64,000 nucleotides of DNA from Candidatus Latescibacterota bacterium (GTDB taxonomy: Bacteria; Latescibacterota; UBA2968; UBA8231), in the NCBI GenBank assembly GCA_965197905.1, contig CBDAOB010000004.1, forward strand, positions 224,001-288,000, written 5' to 3'. The notes under the pieces were generated by a model that ran no database searches, was not told the origin of the DNA, and saw only the letters and a list, made by a program, of their open reading frames with translations. Positions 29,375 to 37,900 of this stretch are shown piece after piece (positions within the stretch are counted from its first letter, which is position 1; each line of letters begins with the position of its first letter). The position numbers and the translations under genes are program-made.

Positions 29375-30349
29375 TTACCCATCAAGGAATTTGGTGCTGA
29401 ACGCCCGATCCACATCGATGGCGCCCGGTTCGATCAATTCAGCCTCGATCATCTGGTTCAGCAGGATCTGCCAGCGTTCCTGGCTCATGTGGCCGATTCC
29501 GTGTTTCTCGGCGACTTCGTCCAGCACTAGGGGCCTGGATTCCCGCGCGCCAAAATCCAGGATGTCCAGTCCCATCTCCGGGTTGAGGCGATGGATGTGC
29601 GCGTTGGTTTGACCCGGATTATCGAGGTAGATCCGCCAGCCCTCTACCGTCGCTCGAACAACGGCTTTAACAAGCTCCGGCTGCCTGGCAATGGTTTCCT
29701 CGGTGGCGACCAGAACACTGGCGTACGGATTGAAGCCGGTGTCGGAAACCAGGAGCGCCCGTGGGGACGCGCCCAGTCGGCGCGCGACGAACGGCTCGCT
29801 GAACACATAGCCCTGTTGAGCGAAGTTGGGGTCCATGAGGAACTGGGTGACATTTCCCGGATAAGGTACGAGCTTAACCCCGGGAAACGGGTATTTCTTC
29901 TGCAGGTAGTGGGAAAATGCGGGTCGCTGTGACAACGCCAAAGTGATGTTGCCGATGTCCCCAATCCTTGCGATGTCCGAAGCAGAGTGGACCATGATGC
30001 AGCGTGGGTTGATCTGGTAGGGAGCCATTATGGCAACGACTGTCGCTTCCTGAGCCCGAGCATTCAGAACGTCGTCGGCGTTGGTGACGCCAAATTCGAC
30101 CGCGCCCGTCGCTACCTGCTGAATCACCGGCGCTTCAGGACCCCCACCAAGTATCTCCACCTCCACCTTTCGCGTGCGATAGAGGTCGTGAACCACGGCG
30201 GCGTAGAACCCTCCGTGTTCCGCCTCCGGGAACCAGTTCAAGGCCAGCCTGACGTCAGTGGCGGTGGGGTCGCCTTTTTCGATCTCCCCCCCGCCACACC
30301 CTACCAGCGCTGCCGTCGCAACCGACATGAAAAGCAAGAACACACGCAT
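29375..30349 (-). CDS. ABC transporter substrate-binding lipoprotein, NMT1/THI5 family
   Basis: LVGC lipobox, LNWFPEAEHGGFY. Confidence 0.88.
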   Translation of the reverse strand: MRVFLLFMSVATAALVGCGGGEIEKGDPTATDVRLALNWFPEAEHGGFYAAVVHDLYRTRKVEVEILGGGPEAPVIQQVATGAVEFGVTNADDVLNARAQEATVVAIMAPYQINPRCIMVHSASDIARIGDIGNITLALSQRPAFSHYLQKKYPFPGVKLVPYPGNVTQFLMDPNFAQQGYVFSEPFVARRLGASPRALLVSDTGFNPYASVLVATEETIARQPELVKAVVRATVEGWRIYLDNPGQTNAHIHRLNPEMGLDILDFGARESRPLVLDEVAEKHGIGHMSQERWQILLNQMIEAELIEPGAIDVDRAFSTKFLDG

Positions 30350-30360
30350 GGGAGATCCTT

Positions 30361-31143
30361 TCAGTTAACCTGGCCACTCCAGCGGGACAGCAGCATATTG
30401 CTCATGAGATTGACGCTCGAAAAAATTCCAAGGCCCAATACCGTGCAAAACAATATGCAGGCAAAGAGATAGTCGGTCTTGGCCTGGCCGCTGGCAAAGA
30501 TGATCAGGTATCCAAGGCCGAAATCTTCGGTGGCGTATCCGGTAAAGAACTCGCCGACGATGGCGCCAATAACCGAAAGCCCGCTCGATATTCGGGCCCC
30601 CGTCAAGAGATTCGGAACGGCGTTTGGCACGCGCAACTTCGTCAACAACTGCCAGCGACTGGCGTTGTTCATATGAAAGAGGTCGATGAGGTTGGGCTCC
30701 ACGGACGTCAACCCGTTCGTCGCATTGGCGATGATCGGGAAGAGAGAGATAATGAACGATACCGCGACGACGCCGTGGAAGCCGTAGCCGATCCAAAGAA
30801 TAATGAGCGGTGCAACAGCAACGATAGGCACGGTCTGGAAGAAAATGGCATACGGGTAGAGACTGCGTTCGATAATCCTGGACTGGGAGAATACCAGGGC
30901 GATGAAAAATCCGACGACAAAACTCAGTAGAAATCCGCAGAGAGCGCCCATAGCCGTCAACCATGCCGCCCGCAGCAGAGTGATGAAATGGGCATCGATG
31001 GCCGCGGCCACGCGAAGCGGTCCGGGGAGGAGAAACGGCTTGATTGAAAACCCCGTCACCGCCAGATGCCAAAGTATCAGTACTGCCAGGAAGAAACTGA
31101 CGGGCGGCAACACAACACGCGCGAACCAGGCAACATGGCGCAT
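30361..31143 (-). CDS. ABC transporter permease, NitT/TauT family
   Basis: LLPGP, QTVPIVAVAPL, GAIVGEF, GLGY. Confidence 0.92.
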   Translation of the reverse strand: MRHVAWFARVVLPPVSFFLAVLILWHLAVTGFSIKPFLLPGPLRVAAAIDAHFITLLRAAWLTAMGALCGFLLSFVVGFFIALVFSQSRIIERSLYPYAIFFQTVPIVAVAPLIILWIGYGFHGVVAVSFIISLFPIIANATNGLTSVEPNLIDLFHMNNASRWQLLTKLRVPNAVPNLLTGARISSGLSVIGAIVGEFFTGYATEDFGLGYLIIFASGQAKTDYLFACILFCTVLGLGIFSSVNLMSNMLLSRWSGQVN

Positions 31144-31931
31144 CAGGTCTGGACCTCGTGCAGGGTACAGGCAACCTGTTCGACGATTTCGTTGAAGCCG
31201 GGCTCCGTCCGTAGGGTCGAAGAACGCGGGTATTCGAACGGCACGGCCACGTCGGCAACCAATCTTCCGGGTCGTGCGCTCATGACCAGCACCCGCTGGC
31301 TTAGATAGACCGCTTCAGACACGTTGTGGGTTACGAACAGCCCGGTCCAGCGATCTCGCTGCCATAGCTCCGAAATCTCTTCATTCAATCGCTGGCGTGA
31401 GATCTCGTCCAATGCGCCGAACGGTTCGTCCATCAGCAACAGGCCAGGATCGGTGACGATAGCCCGCGCGATGGATACCCTCATCCGCATGCCGCCGGAT
31501 AGCTGCTTGGGAAAGCTGCGGCGGAATTCGGTCAGCCCAACCAACTCCAGCGCTGCGGTCACCAAGGTGCTGCGCTCTTCTCTCCGGTGATTTTTCAGCT
31601 CGAGAGGCAGAGAGACATTCCGCTCCACGGTGCGCCATGGCAGCAACGTGGGGTCTTGAAATACGAAAGCCACATCGCCCCGGGAGCGCCGGGATATGTC
31701 GGGTGCGGTTTCCTCCACCGTTAGTGTGCCGGCGCTGGTCTCCGTTAACCCGGCAATCATCCGCAACAGGGTTGATTTACCGCATCCCGACGGACCGACG
31801 ATGGAGACGAATTCTCCTCGCCGGATCTGGAGCTCCACATTTTCCAGCGCCCGAGTGCCGTCTTGAAACTGTTTGCCGGCGCCTTGCGCAACGACCATCG
31901 CCAGAATTGGTTTCACCGCTGATTCAACCAC
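31143..31931 (-). CDS. ABC transporter ATP-binding protein, NitT/TauT family
   Basis: GPSGCGKST, LSGGM, LLMDEPFGALD, VTH. Confidence 0.95.
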   Translation of the reverse strand: MVESAVKPILAMVVAQGAGKQFQDGTRALENVELQIRRGEFVSIVGPSGCGKSTLLRMIAGLTETSAGTLTVEETAPDISRRSRGDVAFVFQDPTLLPWRTVERNVSLPLELKNHRREERSTLVTAALELVGLTEFRRSFPKQLSGGMRMRVSIARAIVTDPGLLLMDEPFGALDEISRQRLNEEISELWQRDRWTGLFVTHNVSEAVYLSQRVLVMSARPGRLVADVAVPFEYPRSSTLRTEPGFNEIVEQVACTLHEVQT

Positions 31932-32871
31932 GCGGATGGTAGGCTCGATGAACCTCTCTCAGGTCCCGGCGGTCAACCTGAGCGTACACCTGGGTGGTGG
32001 AGATATCCGCATGTCCGAGAAGCTCCTGTACATCGCCCAGGTGAGCACCACCCTCCAGAAGGTGGGTGGCAAAGGAATGGCGTAGAGTGTGAGGACTGAT
32101 CTCCTTGCCTAGGGACGCCCGATCCGCCGCCGCGCGGATGATTTTCCAGACGCTCATGCGCGAAAGGCTTCCACCCTGGGCATTCAGGAACAGTGAATCT
32201 CCCGAATCGGGATGGGCCAGATGCGGGCGGGCGTCGCGAAGGTAACGCCCCACGTGCCCAACCGCATGACTGCCAATGGGGACCTGACGCATGCGTCTGC
32301 CGCTTCCCGCGACCTGCAGGAGGCGTCGATCCAGCATAATGTTCGAAGTGGTGACGTTGGTGAGTTCCGAGGCCCGCATCCCTGAAGCGTACAGGAGCTC
32401 CAATATCGCCCGGTCGCGTAGACCGAGCGGATCGGTGCTGTCGATCGCCTCCATCAGGCGCTCCACCTCCGCGACCGTGAGGAACTCGGGGAGCTTGCGT
32501 TCCAACTTGGGCGAGTCGAGGTTCGCCGCTGGATCGATCGAGGTTTGACCCCGGGTGATGAGAAAGGCGTGAAATCGTTTTATGGAGGTGATATTGCGGG
32601 CGATGGTCGCCGGGCTGAGGCGACGCTCGCGCAGAGTGTTGAGCAGCTCCGACACGTGTTGCGGGGCGATCGCTGACGGCGTCGACAATCCCCGTTGGGC
32701 GAGGACGCCAAGGTAGCGAATCAGATCGCGTCGATAGGCGGCGATGGTATTGGCGGCCAATCCCATCTCCGCCTCCATTGCAGCCAGAAAATTGTCGAGC
32801 GGTGTTTGAAGACCTGCAGGGAGAGGTGCGCCGCCGGTAGCACTACTTTCGGAAGGTTCGGATCCTGTCAT
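31924..32871 (-). CDS. XerD-like tyrosine recombinase with variant active site
   Basis: NTIAAYRRDL, RDRAILELLYASGMRASEL, SPHTLRHSFATHLLEGGA, LLGHADISTTQVY. GSGRRMR stands where XerD has GKGxKER. Start estimated. Confidence 0.85.
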   Translation of the reverse strand: MTGSEPSESSATGGAPLPAGLQTPLDNFLAAMEAEMGLAANTIAAYRRDLIRYLGVLAQRGLSTPSAIAPQHVSELLNTLRERRLSPATIARNITSIKRFHAFLITRGQTSIDPAANLDSPKLERKLPEFLTVAEVERLMEAIDSTDPLGLRDRAILELLYASGMRASELTNVTTSNIMLDRRLLQVAGSGRRMRQVPIGSHAVGHVGRYLRDARPHLAHPDSGDSLFLNAQGGSLSRMSVWKIIRAAADRASLGKEISPHTLRHSFATHLLEGGAHLGDVQELLGHADISTTQVYAQVDRRDLREVHRAYHPRG

Positions 32872-33391
32872 TTTCGATGGCGACACCTTCGAGCTCCAGC
32901 AACGCCTTCTTCCAGGCAACGCCTGCCGAATATCCCGTGAGCTGGCCGGTTGAGGCAATGACCCGGTGACATGGGAAAATAATCGGCAGCGGATTCTGCC
33001 CGCAGGCGTTGCCCACCGACCTGGCGCTCTGCAGAGGCAGGTCTAGGCGCAGCGCGAGGTCGCCATAGGTCTCGTGGGAGCCGTAAGGTATCTCTTTGAG
33101 TGCCATCCAAACGCGGCGTTGAAAGCCGGTGCCCATGTTCTCGGGAAAGGTAAACTCGAAATCGACTTCCTTGCCTTGGAAGTACGACATCATCTTGGCG
33201 ATCATTTTCTGACCGTTTTCATGCGGAGGCATGTAACGTCTGATGGTAGTGCGCCGATTGGGATCGAAATCGAAAGGCGCCATCTGCACCTTAGTGACGT
33301 TTTCTTCCTGCCACGCCAGACGCACTGTGCCGAACGGGGTAATAATATCGGTAGAGGCCGTAACTTCAGGTTCGGGCGCCCACCTACTCAT
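32843..33391 (-). CDS. ogt: Methylated-DNA--protein-cysteine S-methyltransferase
   Basis: GTGFQRRVW, IPYG, ARSVGNA, NPLPIIFPCHRV. Confidence 0.93.
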   Translation of the reverse strand: MSRWAPEPEVTASTDIITPFGTVRLAWQEENVTKVQMAPFDFDPNRRTTIRRYMPPHENGQKMIAKMMSYFQGKEVDFEFTFPENMGTGFQRRVWMALKEIPYGSHETYGDLALRLDLPLQSARSVGNACGQNPLPIIFPCHRVIASTGQLTGYSAGVAWKKALLELEGVAIENDRIRTFRK

Positions 33392-34512
33392 GGCCGGACC
33401 CTTTTCTCTTCAAGTCGATGCACAGCATTGCTCTTGGCCATCTCCAGCATTGTCAATTTGAGACCACGTCGGGGAGTAGCGATCCGAATCGCCGACTTCG
33501 ACTTTGAGCGCAGCCAATACCGCACTGACTCCTTGTCCGGGAGCGGAGTAGAAACGTGAATCTCAGCCGGAATCGCAGTGGTGTCCAGATAAAACTGGCG
33601 AATGAACGCGGACAGAATCTGACTTTCGTCAATTTCTGCGCAACCGTTCAGGTAGTGGTGCTTCTCTCCTACGAATCGGCCTTCACGAATCTCCAATACG
33701 CTGCAACAGCCCTCCTCGTCGTTCGTGGCAAGACCGAACACGTCGCGGTCTACTGAATCGTCAAAGAATACCTTCTGCCGGGCCCGCGTAGATTCGAGCG
33801 ATGCCAACTGATCGCGAAGGCGGGCAGCCGACTCGTACCTGAGTCCGGCGGCGGCACGTTTCATCTGTCGACGGAGATCGCGGATGACCTCCGAGTTTCG
33901 TCCCTGCAGAAAGCTCCAGGCACGGTCTATGACCGCCGCGTATTCCTCCTTATCAACGAGTCGTTGACACGGACCCTGGCACCGGTGCAAATGGTAGTCC
34001 ATGCACAGCTCCCGCTTCGTTGAAAGCAACTGGCAATCGCAGGTCCGAACTGGGAAGAGCTGGTGCATCACCTTCAGAGTGTTGTCCAAAGCCCGGGCAT
34101 TGGTGAACGGTCCGAGGTACTTGGAGCCGTCATCGACGATATCGCGGGTGGAGAAAATGCGTGGAAACGGCTCGTCGGTACGGCGTACGTATGGCAACCC
34201 CTTGGCGTGTTTCAACCGAACGTTGAATCTGGGTTGTGATTCCCTGATGTGGTGCGCTTCCAGTGCCAACGCTTCCTGTTCCCCAGAGGTCACCAGGTAA
34301 TCCACGCGAGCGACGGTTTCCATGAGCTTGCGAAACCGGCGCCTGCCGTCCGTCTTCGTGCGCCCAAAGTAGGATCGCACCCGCTCATTCAGGTTCTTCG
34401 CCTTCCCCACGTAGATGATGTGACCTTTTAGGTCCTTCATCAGATAGATCCCGGGAGAGGCAGGCATGCCCTCAACCTGGCGGCGCAATTCTCGCGATAT
34501 CTGTCGGCCCAT
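33388..34512 (-). CDS. UvrC N-terminal homolog (GIY-YIG, Cys cluster, UVR) lacking RNase H-like and HhH domains
   Basis: PGIYLMKD...IYVGKAKNL, CxC...C...CQGPC, YESAARLRD; ends at 374 aa, overlapping the ogt start. Confidence 0.88.
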   Translation of the reverse strand: MGRQISRELRRQVEGMPASPGIYLMKDLKGHIIYVGKAKNLNERVRSYFGRTKTDGRRRFRKLMETVARVDYLVTSGEQEALALEAHHIRESQPRFNVRLKHAKGLPYVRRTDEPFPRIFSTRDIVDDGSKYLGPFTNARALDNTLKVMHQLFPVRTCDCQLLSTKRELCMDYHLHRCQGPCQRLVDKEEYAAVIDRAWSFLQGRNSEVIRDLRRQMKRAAAGLRYESAARLRDQLASLESTRARQKVFFDDSVDRDVFGLATNDEEGCCSVLEIREGRFVGEKHHYLNGCAEIDESQILSAFIRQFYLDTTAIPAEIHVSTPLPDKESVRYWLRSKSKSAIRIATPRRGLKLTMLEMAKSNAVHRLEEKRVRP

Positions 34513-34662
34513 CCTCCGTTGTGGTCGCTTCCCGTCGCTGCGAGGGGCGCGTGGGTATTACGTAAACTAAGTATAGTTACCAAGATAGCGCAACAATGGT
34601 CCCATCCTCGAGAGCTCGAAGATGCTATTGCAATCGATCTCAAACGCTAGCTCGATTTCTGA

Positions 34663-34691
34663 TTGACAAAAAAAACGAAGCATAGTAAGTT
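34663..34691 (+). promoter_or_regulatory. Sigma70-like promoter of the FN3-repeat gene
   Basis: TTGACA-N17-TAAGTT in an AT-rich divergent intergenic region. Confidence 0.55.
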
Positions 34692-34901
34692 TGAGGCCCC
34701 TTATGCAACTTTCCCAACGAGTTATGGCATATATTGAACTAGCTACATGAAGTAGAGAGAAACGGGCACCCCCACAGCCCGTAGTAGCAAAGCGCCCGTC
34801 CCTGTCTCCATCTGCCGACCCCGTCCAGGCGGGACCAAAACCTCCTCCTCTCCTCGATCCACCGGTGGAAAACACACCTACCTCTACCAACGGACACAAT
34901 C

Positions 34902-37900
34902 ATGACTAAACCGCTCAGACTCGCTATCTGCGGCCTATGGGTTTTCGCCTCTCCTGCGCTCGGACAGGTTTTCAATCCTCCTTCGGCCATTCGTGCAACC
35001 CAGGGAACCTACACCGACCGGATACGGATCACGTGGGAGGATGTGCCCGGGGTTTTCTCTTACCGGGTCTATCGCAGTACGGAGGAGAATCCTCATCTCC
35101 GGGTTGTGGTCGGCACTCAGTCCGGTACGACGTTCTCGGACTATTCTGCGAAACCCAGCGTCCGCTATCTCTACTGGGTCAAAATCCAGGACTCCGCCGC
35201 CAGCAACGGCGACTTCAGCCCCTCGGCCACCGGCTATTTGCACCTGTCGCGTCTGGGAGCTCCGGTTGTCGCAGTGGTGGGCAGCGACGAAGGTGTTCGG
35301 ATAACCTGGGATGAGCTACTGGGAGCGGAGGAATACGCCGTTTATCGGAGCGCATCGGCGGATACCACTACCGCACAGGTCCTGACGCATGGTTGGTGGA
35401 ACAACAGCTTTCTCGACGAATCGGGGATCCCGGGGGTTCGCTACTACTACTGGGTGAAAGCGTCCCAGGAGCTGGGAGAACATGCGGGAGGTTTTAGCGT
35501 TCGCGCTCAGGGTCGACGGATCCTGCGGGCGCCGCTGGGTGTCGTGGCTTCGTCGGGGCGGTCCAACGGCACCCACATAACGTGGAGCCAGCAGCCCCAT
35601 GCCCAGTACTACCAGGTATATCGCCATGATGAGAACAACACAATCGGTGCCCAGCCGGTAAGCGAATGGCAACTCCAAAGCGAATTCATCGACACCGCTG
35701 CTACCCCCGGAGTGCAGTACTACTATTGGGTACGTGGGGCCATGGATCAAGCTGGCGCTGACGGGAGCGGTCTCAGCGCCTCCACTACCGGCTTTCGCGG
35801 CCTATTGCGTCCAAGAGGTCTCACGGCCGATTCGGACGAGCCCCAAATCGTGCGCCTACGTTGGGATGAGGTTGAAGGGGCCACCCACTACAAGGTGTTT
35901 CGCGGTGCGGATTTCGACCTTCTCTCCGCTGAGGAAATCAGCGACTGGCAGACGACAAGCCAATTTGACGACCCGAGCCTGTCTCCCGGAGATTCCTACT
36001 ACTACTGGGTGAGGGCTGCCACCAGCCCTGGGGGTACGAAGTCGAGTACCTACAGCGAGTCGGCAAGGGGCGTGCGCGTCTTGTCACCGCCATCGGGTCC
36101 GCGGATTACCGCTGCCACGATCGACAACACCGAGTTGGAGTGGGATCAGGTCGAAGGCGCCCGTTATTTCCGCATCTACCGCAGCACCACGCCCGACACA
36201 ACTGCCGCGATTCCAGTGAGCGACTGGCAGCAAGCGCGCTGGTTCGCCGATCTTTCCGCAGCGCCAGGTCTGCGGTACTACTACTGGGTAAAGGCGGCCA
36301 CGACCAACCGGGGCCGCCAGGCAAGTGCCTACGGCGCGACCGTCGATAACCTCCTGAGCATGTCTCCGCCAGAGTCGGTATCGGCCACCCAAGGCACCTA
36401 CGCAGACCGGGTGATCCTCAGTTGGAACGTGGTTTCCCCCACTGCTTACTACCGAATCTATCGCAGCAGGAGCGATGCTCCCGATCTTCGCATCGTCGCC
36501 GGCGACTGGCAACGCCAGACGATCTTTCAGGACGACTATGTAGAATTGGGTGTAGAGTATCACTACTGGATAAAAGCTTCCCCTACAACCACCGGCCAGG
36601 GGGCCAGCAACTTCAGTGCTGAATCATCCGGGTTTCTTGGATCCACCGCGATGCCGCCTCCTACCCTAATCGGAGCCTCGGATGGGGATCACGACGACCG
36701 CATCGAGATCAACTGGGGGACCGTAATAGGAGCGACCCACTATCGGGTGTATCGCGGCCTGGAGGGCGATCCGAATTCAGCCCAGCCATTGGCTACCTGG
36801 CAGACCATATTGACCTACTCCGACCTCACCGCCCAACCCGGCGTGATCTATAAGTACTGGGTGAAAGCCGCCACCAGTTCAACCGGCCATCAACAAGGTG
36901 AGTTCAGCAAAGGAAACAGCGGATTTCGATCCTTGGGAGTTCCGCAGATGCCCACCGTGTCGGAAGGCAATGTGGCCGACGTGGTCGTTCGCTGGACGCC
37001 CATCTTTGGGGCGACCCACTACCGCGTATACCGCAGCACCACCTCTTCGTTCAACGCATCACTGGCGCTCAGCGATTGGCAAGAGGAGCAGGAGTTTGTT
37101 GATCTAGCAGCGGCGCCAGGTCTGACCTACTACTACTGGATCAAAGCGGCCACGGGTGCCTCCGGTCTCAATGCTGGACGAAACAGCGACGGGGTTCAGG
37201 GATATCGTCGACTCGCCCGGCCCGAGGATTTCGATGTGGATTCCGGAGATCCGCAGAAGGTAGCGATCACCTGGGAGAGTCTCGACGGAGCCGGTCTCTA
37301 CCGGGTCTATCGCAGTGCCGAGGCAGATTCTTCGAGCGCAACAACACTGGGCGATTGGCAGGTTGGCAGAACATTTCAGGACGATACCGCGGTCCCCGGC
37401 CAGAACTACTACTACTGGATCCGCTCAGCGACCAACGCGACGCTAGACCGGGTCAGCCCGCTGAGTGCGGCGTTGAGCGGCTATCGTGGCGTGCCGGAAC
37501 CAAACGGACTGGTCTCTACACGCGGCAACCTTGAGCATGTGGAGGTGCAGTGGGATCCGATCAACGGCGCCGACAGCTATCGCCTTTACCGTTCGGATAT
37601 TGCCGATTCCACCCTCGCAGCACCTATCACCGATTGGATGGGAGAGCTCGTATTCGCCGACACCACTTCACAACAAGGCAAGACCTATTTCTATTGGGTC
37701 CGGGCTGCGGCTGGAGACCGACTCGGTCCCTTGAGTGCCGCCACGAACGGTTTCCGCGGGTTGGCAGTAGTGGACCAAGCCGACGTTGTGCCCGGGAGTC
37801 CGGACAAGATTGGGCTCAGCTGGCCGGCCATCTCGGGAGCCTCGCATTTTCAGATCTATCGCGGCACGACACCGGACTCTGCCAAAGCAGCGGCCATCAG

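Noticed and set aside
31924..32871. Tyrosine recombinase as the integrase of a mobile element
   Set aside because: XerD-type sequence embedded in a housekeeping run; no att repeats, tRNA or phage/plasmid genes seen.
34750..34830. c-di-GMP or other known riboswitch in the FN3 leader
   Set aside because: GCAAA is present, but the consensus architecture could not be matched by eye.
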